A stretch of 50,515 nucleotides of DNA from Tubiluchus corallicola (lineage: Eukaryota > Animalia > Priapulida). Shown here in pieces: positions 12,557 through 24,860 of the stretch. The position numbers were made by a program, and so were the translations under genes. The notes beneath the pieces were generated by a model that was given only the letters and a program-made list of their open reading frames with translations, made no database searches and was not told where the DNA came from. Each line of letters opens with the position of its first letter. Positions within the stretch are counted from its first letter, which is position 1. The stretch lies in the NCBI GenBank assembly GCA_030141605.1, contig JAQGDQ010001272.1:1-50515 (forward strand). Reading direction: 5' to 3'.

Positions 12557-12880
12557 CAGGGGTGTGCAAATTATCTGACTAGCCGGGCCACATTAAACTT
12601 TCCCGCAATTCCTGCGGGCCACAGGCAGTTTGATCAAGAAGCCAAGTACAGTAGGACCTAATAACGATTTTTTTGCATCCGACCTGCGTACATCATTACT
12701 ACTACACTCAAGAAACTATTTTAGAAGTTGTTAAAATTTCTATTACAAACCATTTCAACACATGTTGAAATAACACATACCTTCAAGCAATCTTGCACAA
12801 TGAAACGCATGAAGAGCAAAAATGCAAGCAATCTGATAGAGTTCAATGAAATCGTGAAAAGCATCCAACGAAGGAAAATC
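12557..12880 (+). mobile_element. hAT-Charlie-like element (copy 2), partial, with possible transposase C-terminal remnant
   Basis: Same left end as 5323; TFKQSCTMKRMKSKNASNL resembles the hAT dimerisation motif. Confidence 0.65.
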
Positions 12881-13052
12881 TTGCGGATCTTTAACAAAAC
12901 CAAGTGCTCTGTTCTTTCGAAAATACTTTCTATAAAGAAAAAATAAAACCATGTTGATGTTGATGATTTTTTTACCGTGTCCCCAAACTATAATAATAAT
13001 AATAATAATTATATATATATAAAGCCCATACTAAGAATATTAATATATAAGC

Positions 13053-13313
13053 AATAATAATAATAATCTTTATTTAAAGTTGGCTTTTGGGTCAACAGTT
13101 AATATTAGCTCAAAGAGCTATTATCGCCGACTGTAAATAACAACCTACAACTACATAACAGAGACTATTACCCCGCTTTTACCCTAAATACCACGCGTCA
13201 GGCCGGGCAACAGCAGGCACCATTTTTGTAGTCTTTGGTATGACCCGGCGGCTGGCTCGAACTCACGACCTCCGAGACGTAAAGCAGACGCATTACCACT
13301 AGACTAAGCCATC
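13053..13313 (-). mobile_element. tRNA-derived SINE with Meta-like core
   Basis: Reverse complement of 13410-13712; A/B boxes, GGTCATACCAAAGAC core, (TTA)n tail. Confidence 0.85.
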
Positions 13314-13409
13314 AACGCCAGAACACCGAGGTGCCACTGCACCTGGTATGACATGAATTTAACCCAAAGCCATAGCCATACCATTAACACGACAAAAATG
13401 TGGGTTTCA

Positions 13410-13712
13410 GACCAGATGGTTTAGTCTAGTGGTAATGCGTCTGCTTTCCGTCTGGGAGGTCGTGAGTTCGAACCAGCGGCCGGGTCATACCAAAGACTTG
13501 CTGTTGGTACCTGCTGTTGCCCTGCCTGACGCGTGGTATTTAGGGTAAAAGTGGGGTGATAATAGTCTCTGTTATGCAGTTGTAGGTTGTTATTTACAGT
13601 CGGTGATAATAGCTCTTTGAGCTAATGTTAATTATTGACCCAAAAGCCGACTTTAAATAGAGATTACTATTATTATTATTATTATTATTATTATTTATTA
13701 TTATTATTATTT
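13410..13712 (+). mobile_element. tRNA-derived SINE with Meta-like core
   Basis: TAGTCTAGTGG A box, GAGTTCGAACC B box, CGGGTCATACCAAAGACT core, (TTA)n tail. Confidence 0.85.
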
Positions 13713-13947
13713 ATTCAATGACAAGAAGTCCACCATTGGACAAATAAAACAAGAAAATTATTTGTTTCTTTAACCTAACCATATTTGGTGATAAGGCTAA
13801 TGATTAACTTAGTTAGTATTTACAGTTAACCAAGATCTAAAAAAAAGACTTTAGTTTACTGCCAACAATTTGCACAATTAATCCAGGAATTATTGATCTG
13901 ACTTATCTATCGTTACTAAGTAGCTAAACGTGCTAGCTTTACAATAC

Positions 13948-14105
13948 CTTATTCTCTCCGCGGTAAACAAATTTCCAGAAAAAGCTTTTAATGGAGACAG
14001 AATAAGAACCGGTTGAGGCGAATGTGCTTCAACTTTTGCTGCCATAACTCTATTAAATTTGGAAGAAGCCAAGTACATGGTATTATCATAGCGACACTTC
14101 TTTAC
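13948..14105 (-). CDS. Internal exon, unknown domain (VKKCRYDNTMYLASS...GNLFTAERI)
   Basis: Strong ttttctttcag| acceptor and AG|gtattg donor; joins in frame to 8378-8429. Confidence 0.65.
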
Positions 14106-14334
14106 CTGAAAGAAAAATGACAATCAGTTCCGAATCTATTTAATATTTAACTTACATGTACTCATTTTGTTTCTATCTATTCAAATTAGCGATAACCAAA
14201 GTAAATGTTAAATTTCCCAAACAAGACAAAGATGCAATGGCTAGAAACGCATAAAGGGACAAGCAGAAATATCTGATTATGCTGGCAAAGTTTACATAAT
14301 CAAAATACAGCAGTCCGTTAAAAGTGAATAATGC

Positions 14335-14855
14335 AAGTCAGTAGATTTGTTCTTAATCAATAAGCCTAGAAATAATGAAGTTGAACTCAAATCAAAATGT
14401 ATTTAACTCCTGTTGTTGATTAATAGCATTATTAACCCAAAGTGTTTTTATCATTTCATAACAATCTTGACCTGTGTTTCACATAAAATCTAAATGCAGT
14501 TTTTAGTTTAATCAAGATTGACCTTATTTTGTTGCCCGCTAATTAAACTACATGTATATTTTTTCTCTGGATTATATAGCAAATGTCATAATTTTGAAAT
14601 TACTAATGTTTCCTAAATTAAACTGATAACATTAATGCCCACAGGTGTCTAAAAAATCGTTTTATCTATATTCGGTAAAGGATAGCAGACTAGGTGACTT
14701 TATAGTCTTTTCGCTACCCTTTCTCTAGTTCTACATCTATCTATACATTTTAACCATTCTTCAAAACTTATTAGAGATTCTTTTATTAATCATGTTTTAT
14801 TGTCGCATTATAAAGAGATAAATAAATTAAAATTGAAATGAATTTGAATTGAAAC
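14335..14855 (+). mobile_element. LINE 3' fragment (copy 2 of the 6553 family)
   Basis: Near-identical to 6573-7100. Confidence 0.7.
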
Positions 14856-15324
14856 TGAAGGAGAGGTATGAGCTGGCCACCACGTCATTTTGTTTACATC
14901 AGTGCAACGAAGCAGCGTGTAATGATACGTGTGCAGCTTGTACGTCAAGAGCGGCCGACGTTTGTGAGTCCCCGCCCCCTCATTTCAATATCAGCCAGTT
15001 TCAACCGGTTCGACCCTCACCTTGTACCCTCGCTGCGTACTACATCGCTATGTTCTCTGGTGACCATATAGCCCCTATTCACGTACCACAAGGTGGAAAA
15101 TCTACTTTTCTAACGTTTAACAAGTTAACCTACATCTGTTGACACTAATGGAATCATGAGTGGCTACACTTAAAAAATATAATAATCAAGGCTACCAGCT
15201 ACGAAATAATAAGCAAAAGCAGTGGACAACTGGACGAGAAATGAACAAGTACTCAAGACAAGAAATCATCTGACCAGGGTACAACAATAATAAGCGTACA
15301 CGACCCTGACCAAAGAATATGGAC

Positions 15325-17525
15325 CACAGAAATTAGAGATTTCGTACTGCGCAACAGTTCGCGCAGTTAGTGTCACCCTAGCGGCGCAGCAGTACGGACT
15401 GTTGTTGTCAGGTACGCTATAGCGCAATTTGTTCGCACCACTGGTGTGTACTGTAGCAGCTGAATTGATGAGACCACCAAAGTCAGGCTGGTCGACAGGT
15501 GCTCATAAATTACTTAGCGGTGAGTTGCAAAACACAAATAAAAATATCTTTTTAAATTTCCCAAGGATGCAGCCTGGTAATTATAATAAAATGTTAATTA
15601 TAACACAGTTTTGTAACTTTTGTTACAAGTTAAATATTCTGTACACTAAGCAAAGACTGCAAGGCCTACATCTCTCTTTGGCGATTTATAGCAGCTGTTA
15701 TATTTTTGAATATTATTTAAAGCAAGCATAAGGCATTAAGAATGATTAGTAGTTAAAATAAAAACTATTATAATCATATCTCATGAAAATTAATAGGCTT
15801 ATTTACAAAAGAAGTTAAGGAAGTTGATCATACAGAAAGTTTGCAAATACCTGGCTCATGTAGTATTCCATTTCTGGAGAAATATTTTTCTAAAAAAACA
15901 TTCCTATTTAATATGTTTTTATCAGGAAATATAACTTGAAGAGGTACAAGGCCTGACTTTTATGTGTAATACCTTTCATAGAAAAAAATCGATTTTTTTT
16001 TCAGGAGAGCAAATAATTTTTCCAGAACAAAACATAATCTAAACATCTGTATGTTTTATTAATTCCAAGTTCAAAGATGTTTAAAAACCATATAATCATA
16101 CATTGGCCTTTGTTATGAGTTGGAGTTGGTTATAAAATCATGCTGAACAAATGGAGATGCACTTACGACATAACTCCTCTTTTTTATTATCAGTGAACAA
16201 AAAATAACAAAATGAAACATCAGAGATCAGAGCTGTCATCCTAAGCAGCCGACATTACTTCCACCTCTATAACAACCAACTAACTAGGTCAAAATCAAGT
16301 TACAGAATTCAGGTGAGAAGCCAACCTGGTGCATAAATTAGAATCTGCAAGCGGGTCATAACGCCTTATATATCATGTGTAGAGTTATATTTAGCCTAAT
16401 TTTTTTAAGGTTCAGTAAGGCTTACGTCAAAACAAATGTTCATTAAATACAGTTTGTTTATGTGTAAAAAATGTACTTGTATAAGCGTACTAATAAAACA
16501 CCTGTGGCTAAATCCACATACAAATCTTGATAAATATTATTTATTGATGGGCTTAAATTAATTGATTTCATACAGACCTATGTGCTAAGGGCAATCATTT
16601 TATATAGCTAAATATATAGGCTCGGCTTCACAGAATCTTTGTATGTAATAATGCATACATCATACATGTATATGAGTGAGTGTGCATAGGTGTATCAAGA
16701 CGATACAACAGTTCAGTCCTACCCATCTCGCATCTACTACTGTATTGATTATTTATATATGAAGCACTGTATGCAATTACTTGTTGTGTGCATGTGCAAA
16801 TTATTTATATACAAACCTACAATATAAAATACGTGTGATTATATAGATTAATTGCAGGGCATGCAAATGGGTGCAATTTTTAATGTGCCAAGTTTGCTAC
16901 CTCACATTGGAGTAAAACGACCAAGAAACAAATGGCAGAACCTTCAACAAAAGGAAAAGAAGGATCTCTCTGTGTCTCTGTCTCCCTCCCTCCCTCTCTC
17001 TGTCCCCCTCTCTCTCTCTCCCTTTCACTATCTCCCTTCTTCCTCTCTCTCCATCCCTCTCTTTCTCTCTAAAAGAGGCAGGGAGAGAAAAATCAATAAA
17101 TCAATAAAAAATGCATTACTTTTTTACATAGTAGGCAGCCCATCACGCAGTCAGCTAGCCTCTTTCCTCAGGAAGAACAATAAAATTATACTTACAAGAA
17201 AACTGAAGAAGTATTTGCAAGCACATAATACAGACTTTTTGGTACAATTTTTTCCTTTTCATGAAATGTTTTCAGTTTTTTTAAACTAATAATTGCTTTA
17301 AATTGAGTATTCTTCTTTTATTAAAAACGCAAAAATGATTTTGGCTTATCGAAATTGCGCGTATGCCAACATTATTGGTGAACTTAAGAATATTATTATT
17401 ATTACAGTAAATGCGCTGCTCAAAATTTTTAATCATCCGCCGTTTGATGCCGCCAGCATAGCCACTAATCGCAAAAACGAAATACGTTACAATATATGCT
17501 TTGTCACTTTCCCTTTTTACACATT
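15325..17525 (+). mobile_element. About 2.2 kb dispersed repeat with THAP remnant (copy 1)
   Basis: Co-linear with 22741-24860; begins CACAGAAATTAGAG; contains a degenerate THAP exon near 15470-15580 and a CT-rich tract. Confidence 0.7.
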
Positions 17526-17723
17526 GCCATCATTTCTGTTACTTCCGTTCGATCCTAATTCTGACGACTCACACAATATCAGTTTCCAGATTTTAGAATG
17601 TTTTGCAGTATGTCAGTTTTAACAAAACTGAATTCTACAACAAAGATGTTCTAAACCAAGTGTTACATGTACGCTTATCTCTAAGGTGATTTATATTAAA
17701 GAAATATATAATCACCTACTTAC

Positions 17724-17808
17724 CAGATTTCAACATCTTTTATGATAGTTTCAACAAAGCACCGCATTTGTAGAGTTTCAATAGCATCAGACCGGATTTC
17801 TACACACA
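17724..17808 (-). CDS. Candidate exon of the Ig gene (CVEIRSDAIETLQMRCFVETIIKDVEI)
   Basis: ttatacag| acceptor and TG|gtaagt donor; open only in the phase that follows the Ig exon. Its phase does not join directly to the 14105 exon. Confidence 0.4.
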
Positions 17809-18429
17809 CTGTATAAAGACATATTTCCACGTTTGTTCCACTTTTGAAATTACAATTTCACTATTTTTGATGCTTGAGTTTACATTTTTATTCACTTTGC
17901 TGGAATATTGAACTGTAGTATTATGGCCAAAGTAAACGTGTGCATAGACAAACATTTCAGGTTATTTTCCAGATACATGTCAGAAATGTGCACAGTTGTT
18001 ACTAGTAAGTCAGACACAAATGAATAAATAAAAAACAGATAAATAGATAATGAGAACTAAAACAAACAGATAAACAAGTGTGCGCCAATTAAACAAGATA
18101 AATAAAGGAAAAAAACGAAAAACAGGAAAGAAATTATTTCATTAATAGAGCATCCAGAAGGCACAGGGAGTTTAATACTCGATAGCTCCTTGTGCATTCT
18201 TAGTGATGGAACTCAAACAGCATCAAGCTTTACATGGAATAAACATGTGAAGTTTTCCAGAAATTTTTTGTCTAATTAAAATTGTGATGATTGTAGAAGG
18301 TGTAGATTGTTTATTTTAGGATATTTGAATTATTATTATTTCAAATTGTAACAATAAAGTGGTAACAGTAATTGAACCGAAACAAGGAAGACTATCAATG
18401 GAACCACCATATCAGATGTCTTAAGTCAT

Positions 18430-18745
18430 ACTAAATATAACCTTGCTGTCGTTCATTGCACGTAATTGCCAAAAACTGGAAACGGCAACTTCGGACAGGG
18501 AAACTTGGCAGAAGACATTGTTTGATGGGGTCAAGGACAATGAAGATAGGATTCAGCTACTATGGGAAGAGAAGCGTCAAAGAAGGAAGAATTGTACCAA
18601 AGATGCTTCAGCATTTCAGTGCACTAACCTTGGAAGATCTTGCTCTGTTTGCGTAGGTCTCTGCAATCATCGACTGAAATGTGTCAACAACTCACAGTAA
18701 ATTTGCAAAAAGTAGTTAATAGTTAAACAACCGAAGAAGCCGTCG
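18430..18745 (+). mobile_element. RTE LINE C-terminal fragment
   Basis: SDRETW...EEKRQRRK...FQC..GR.C...VGL.NH...C, the RTE/BovB C-terminal pattern. Confidence 0.75.
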
Positions 18746-18994
18746 CATAGTAAAGATTATCAACTTTGTGCAGCACTAATGCCACCTTGCTTCAAATGTG
18801 CACTTTATAAACAAAAACCGTGTACAAAGAGGACGAACATGTTATGCTGCTTTACTGTCGGAACCGCTACCATTTAAGTAATTTTTCATTTATTTTGTGT
18901 GACATGATCTTACTTCATTTAGAAGTGCATGACAGGGTGTCGCAAACCTTTGTCAAAGTAACGAAAGTAATACTTGTTACTCGGGGGGAAAAAG

Positions 18995-19040
<46 letters not shown>

Positions 19041-20083
19041 TTAGCTACATGTGGGTAGCATATTTAGTAGAAAATTTCCTTTCAGGTATTAATTTTCTGT
19101 ACAACTATAATACATTACTTTAGTTCATCACTGTTCATCCTGTAACAGCCATCACTAAAATGATGATATTTGCACCCAATTCTCATGATATCATGATTAA
19201 AATCACATTAAAATGTTCCATCAAAATACACGGTAATAAAACTAAAATTCATTAAAATTAATCTACTTTGACATGTGCACGAGTTCAGATACTAAATTTA
19301 CTGTAAACAAACAGTTAGAGAGTACAACAACAGCTACAAACAAGTTAATAAATTTTGCTTGACTGGACATTGAAGGAAGAAACTACAACTATATCTCTTA
19401 TTATAATTCAACCTCAGACTTAAACTGACTAAGGTAAGATAGGCCTATTTTGTACAGACATGAGGCAACTATTTCCACACAATGATAAAAATATTTACAC
19501 AATACACAAAAGTTTTAAAATCACATGCATTTTAGTTTAAGCATAAATTCTGACTCATCTAACAAAATAAACAATAACAGTGAGAATGACAACGTGTCCA
19601 AACAAGAACTTTCTCGGAAAATTGCAACCAAAATAAAGAACGTTAGTGCTTGTGACTAAAGACATAGATGAGGAGCTACAGCCCTTATGCTGGTTTTTCA
19701 TCACTGATGTTAGGCATTCAATTTTCAACTATTTAATTCCTGTTAAGTCCCAAATGTATAGGGCTAGAATCAATAAACTTAAAATGTAAGTCCTGGGACA
19801 AGTACACCATTAATAATCAATATACATCGAAGCAAATTAATTCTCTGCATTATCAACATAGTATTATGGTCATGATTTATCAAAAAATTCTTAGAAATAC
19901 TTTACGTAACATTATTCTTATCATTCGTTCTCCCTTTGTTTAAACATTTTTAAAAAAAATGTAATGATTTGAAAAGAATGCTATCAACCAAGTTCTGGTC
20001 AGTGGTTAGCTTGAGTCTTATTGGTCAGAGCATTTCAAGAAGTGAGGAAAAAGCACAATGAGTCTTTGCCTTGATGAGATTGT

Positions 20084-20567
20084 TTCCAAGAAGTGGATTT
20101 AGGTGTTTTCGGCTATTTCTAGGAAGTAAGCACATCTGGTCATAACTGTATACAGGAAGTAGGGAAACGAGTGCATCTGGTCATTACTGTTTCCAGGAAA
20201 TAGGTAAATGAGCACATCTGCTCATAACTGTATCCAGGAAACAGGGAAACGAGTACATCTGGTCATTACTGTTTCCAAGAAATAGGTCAATGAGCGCGAC
20301 TGGTCATTACTGTTTCCAGGAAGTAGGGAAACGAATGCATCTGGTCATTACTGTATCCAGGAAGTAGGAAAATGAGCACATCTGGTCATAACTGTATCCA
20401 GAAAGTCGGGAAATGAGCACATCTGGTCATTGCTGTATCAAGGACATACGGAAATGAGTACGGTGAGTCATTGCCCTGTAACAGCTTCCAAGAACTGTGT
20501 GCAGCTGGTCATTGCTCTTTCTAGGAAGCCATTGTCCCGACGCAGCTGTTAACATTGATTCTAGGAA
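20084..20567. promoter_or_regulatory. Candidate enhancer: cluster of TTC-N3-GAA (STAT/GAS) sites
   Basis: 8 exact sites at 20084, 20117, 20191, 20273, 20314, 20486, 20519 and 20559, with E-boxes, AGGAAGT and TGAGTCA (20464). Confidence 0.45.
20117..20470. repeat. 41-bp degenerate tandem repeat, about 8-9 copies
   Basis: CATCTG starts at 20133, 20174, 20215 and 20256. Confidence 0.9.
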
Positions 20568-20913
20568 AAAGGGTAGCTGATGTCATTGACCATTAATTAC
20601 AACAAGTGTGCTTAATATTAAACAATTTGTTGTGCTTATTGACCACATGATGTGCATAATTCATTAATTAATATAAAATAATTCAATCTCACTCTTTTTC
20701 TCAGCATTAAACTTAAATTAAGCTACAAAAATGAACAATTTTAAATGTAGGTGCCAGCACATGTTTAATTATTGGTAGTAGTACTTTGAATTATCAATCG
20801 CAAATGAAAATGTACGACACTCCGGTAAGAGAAACAAAACTATTACATAACTAACAACCATTATTGTGTTTTTGCAAGATTAATTCTCTCAGGTCCTTAA
20901 TCAATGCACTTAC

Positions 20914-21240
20914 CATTATCCCCATCTCCAGATCCCCCACCACCATTTTCTTTATCACCGCTTTCTTCTTTGTCACCCTCTTTTACAATTTTTATAGTTA
21001 AGCTGCCTTTTCTCTCTCCAGCCACATTCCTAGCTGTACAAGTGTATGTCCCTCCATCAACTAATTCCGCATTTTTCTTCGTAACTTTTTTGCCGGTGTT
21101 TCCACTTGACAAATTAGGACCACTCCACTGATAAGAAGGTTCTGGGTTTCCACTTGCATCACAAATCAGCTCAAAGTCACTGCCAACTGTAATCTTAGTA
21201 TCATCTCCGTTGGGCAATTTCACGGTAACAGATTTGATAT
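20914..21240 (-). CDS. Immunoglobulin-domain (I-set/C2-like) exon with Gly/acidic linker, unnamed gene
   Basis: LICDASGNPEPSYQW...DGGTYTCTARN gives the Ig C...W...DxGxYxC pattern. Phase 1-1 exon with gacacag| acceptor and G|gtaagt donor. Confidence 0.88.
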
Positions 21241-21334
21241 CTGTGTCAAAAATGAATCTCCTAATATAGCAGGATGCAAGACAGGACAGAAGGAGAGATA
21301 CAGGGAGAGAGGGTAAAGAGAAAGATAGTCAAAG

Positions 21335-21590
21335 CAAATAGCAGCAAGTGTTCTAGATATTAGTAACAGTAACAGTTTACATGGTTGAGAGGACTACATC
21401 AAATAGCAGCAAGTGTTCTAGATATTAGTAACAGTAACAGTTGACATGGTTGAGAGGACTACATCAAATAGCAGCAAGTGTTCTAGATATTAGTAACAGT
21501 AACAGTTGACATAGGCAAGAAGTAGACATCAAATAGCAGCGAGGTGTTCTAGATATTAGTAACAGTAACAGTTGACATAGGTGAGAAGTC
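21335..21590. repeat. 65-bp tandem repeat x4
   Basis: CAAATAGCAGC at 21335, 21400, 21465 and 21530. Confidence 0.92.
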
Positions 21591-22382
21591 AAGGGACCAG
21601 TAATACAGTCATTGAAAACATCACGGTCTGAAAAAATTCTGACCTGTTTAATTCAATATTATCAGTGAGCGAGACTGCAGAAAGAATAGAGTACTGTTGC
21701 ACAATGTAGTCATATCATGAGCTTCTTAAAGTCTTTATAGGCATAGCATCATTGCACTTGCGTCAGGTTATAATTTGGGACCAGGTTGTAAATTGTCCAT
21801 GCTTGCATTTTTTTTAACTTTTGCCACTACATCCAGTGAAAGCCTCTACGAAGCAATTTTTTATTTAGCAGGTAACAATGCAACAATGATCATCAAATTT
21901 GTAGTTCGCGTCTAAAGCTTAACTATTTTTGAGAACCATTTTAGGGGCAGTTGTTATCAAACAAGGTTTGTGTTAGCAGCTGAAATTAAACAACACAGAG
22001 GTTGACCAATAAAGATCGGTGTGCAACAGGAGATCAACAGTCTGTTTGTCTCATTGATGGACACCTACGCTGGTTTAGTATCTCATGTTAGATGGTTATC
22101 CTCTAAGTAAGATTCCAGTTGTTGAAGATCTATATATATAAATTACATGTTTAGCGTCTCAACATTACAGACTGTTCTTGTTGAGTATGCCATCACACAA
22201 GCAGCTCGCGCGGCGCTATGTGATAGATGAACTAATCTAAATATGGTCTTTAGCACTGATCCTTGGAGACAAATGCACTTGGGGTAGCGAGTCCTGGCAT
22301 AAGAAGAAAATTATGTCCCTGGACATATGATTAATTGGATGGTAATGATGATGATAGACGAACTGATGAGATGGCTACACCA

Positions 22383-22625
22383 ATGCCAGGCCAGTCAACA
22401 GGCGCTCATTATTGCACAGCAGTGAAGTGCAAAAATACAAATGAAAACTGTAAAATATCTTTTTTTTATTTCCCGAGGATGCAGGTAGGTAATTATATCA
22501 AGATAATAATCATAACACTGCTTTGTAACTTTTGTTAGAAATTAAATATCTGTACACAAGGCAAAGCACTGCAAGGCTTTCATCTGCCTTTGGCGATTTA
22601 CTGCACCATTGAATATTATTTAAAG
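22383..22625 (+). pseudogene. THAP zinc-finger N-terminal exon remnant, transposon derived
   Basis: MPGQSTGAHYCTAVKCKNTNENCKISFFYFP fits the THAP C-x4-C...SF-x-FP pattern, followed by CAG|GTAGGT. Confidence 0.6.
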
Positions 22626-22740
22626 AATTCAGATTTCCGAGCATGACAATTTGTTAACGCCTGCTATTTTTCACTCTCCTGCTCCCGGCAATGTGGGAAA
22701 TCTCGATGAGAAGCCAAGCCGTCATCAAAGAATACGGATA

Positions 22741-24860
22741 ACAGAAATTAGGGAATTCCTACTCACAGCAGTTCGCGCAGTTAGTGTCGCCCTGGCGGCA
22801 CAGAAGTACGGACTGTTGTAAGGTATATTATAGCGCAAGCTGTTCTCGCATCTCTGTGCACTGTAGCAGATGAATTGACGAGACCACCAAAGTCAGACCG
22901 GTTAACAGGCGCTCATAAATTGCTCAGCAGTGAGTTGCAAAAACACAAATAAAATATCTTTTTAAATTTCGCAAGGATGCAGCCAGGTAATTATAATAAA
23001 ATGTTAATTATAACACAGTTTTGTCACTTTTGTTACAAGTTAAGTATTTCTACCCTAAGCAAAGACTGCAAAGCCTACATCTGTCTTTGGCGATTTATAG
23101 CAGCTGTTATATTTTCGAATATTATTTAAAGCAAGCATGAGGCATTAAAAATAATTAGTAGTTAAAATGAAAACTATTATAATCATATCTCATCAAAATT
23201 AATAGACTTGTCTACAAAAGAAGTTGAGAAAGTTAATCATAAAGAAAGTTTGCAAATACGTGGCTCATGTAGTATTCTATTTCTGAAGTAATATTTTTCT
23301 GAAAAACATTCCTATTTAATATGTTCTTATCATGAAATATAACTTGAAGAAACATTAGGCGTGACTTTCACTTGCAATACCTTTGAACAAAAAAAATCAA
23401 TTTTTTTCAGAAAAGCAAATAACTTTTCCAGGACAAAACTGGAAGTATCTGCATGTTTTGTTAATTCCAAGTTAAAAGATGTTTAAAAACCATATAATCA
23501 TACATTGGCCTTTGTTATGAGTTGGAGTTGGTTATAAAATCATGTTGAACAAACGGAGAGGCACTTACGACATTACTCCTCTATTTTATTATCAGTGAAC
23601 AAAAAATAACAAAACGAAACATCACAGCAGTCCTCCTAAGCCAACCTCGTGCATAAATTAGAATCTGCACGCGGGCCATAACACCTTATATATCGTGTGT
23701 AAATGTCACTTATATTTAGCCTAATTTATTCAAGGTTCAGTTGGGCTCACGCCAAAATAAATGTTCATTAAATACAGTTTGTTTACATGTAAAAAATGTA
23801 CTTGTGTAAGTGTACTAGTAAAACACCTGTGGCTAAATCCACTGACAAGTCTTGATAAATATTATTTATTGATGGGCTTAAATTAATTGATTTTATACAG
23901 GCCTAGGTGCTAAGGGCAACCATTTTATACAGTTAAATATATAGGCTCGGCTTCATAGAATCTTTGTATGTAATAATGCATACATCATACATGTATATAA
24001 GTGTGTGTGTGCATGGATGTATCAAGATGATACAACAGTTCAGTCCTACTCATCTCGCATCTACTACTGTATTGATTATTTATATATGAAGCACTGTACG
24101 CAATTACTTGTTGTGTGCATGCGTGCGTGTGCGAATTATTTATATACAGACCTACAATATAACATATGTGTGATTATATAGATTAATTGCAGGGCATGCA
24201 AATGGGTGCAATTTTTAATGTGCCAAATTCGCTACCTCGTATTGGAGTAAAATGACCAAGAAACAAATGGCAGAACCTTCAACAAAAGGAAAAGAAGGAT
24301 CTCTCTCTGTGTCTCTGTCTCCCTCCCTCCCTCTCTCTGTCCCCCCTCTCTCTCTCTCTCCCTTTCACTAACTCCCTTCTTCCTCTCTCTCCATCCCTCT
24401 CTTTCTCTCTAAGAGAGGGAGGGAGAGAAAAATCAATAAATCAATAAAAAATGCATTACTTTTTTACATAGTACGCAGCCCATCATGCAGTCAGCTAGCC
24501 TCTTCCCTCAGGAAGAACAATAAAATTATACTTGCAAGAAAACTGAAGAAGTATTTGCAAGCACATAATACAGACTTTTTGGTACAATTTTTTCCTTTTC
24601 ATGAAATGTTTTCAGTTTTTAAACTAATAATTGCTTTTAATTGAGTATTCTTTTTTTATTAAAAACGCAAAAGTGATTTTGGCTTATCGAAATTGCGCGT
24701 ATGCCAACATTATTGGTGAACTTAAGAATATTATTATTACAGTCAATGCACTGCTCAAAATTTTTAATCATCCGCCGTTTGATGCCGCCAGCGTAGCCGC
24801 TAATCGCAAAAACGAAATATGTAACAATAGGCTAATTCCGTCACTTCCCTTTTTACACTT
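22741..24860 (+). mobile_element. About 2.1 kb dispersed repeat with THAP remnant (copy 2)
   Basis: Co-linear with 15325-17525. Confidence 0.7.

Noticed and set aside
13415-13485. tRNA gene
   Set aside because: It is a SINE head: the acceptor stem is not closed and it continues into core and tail.
22361-22420. Hammerhead ribozyme core CTGATGAG
   Set aside because: No stem II with a correctly placed GAAA; the region is better explained as a THAP remnant.
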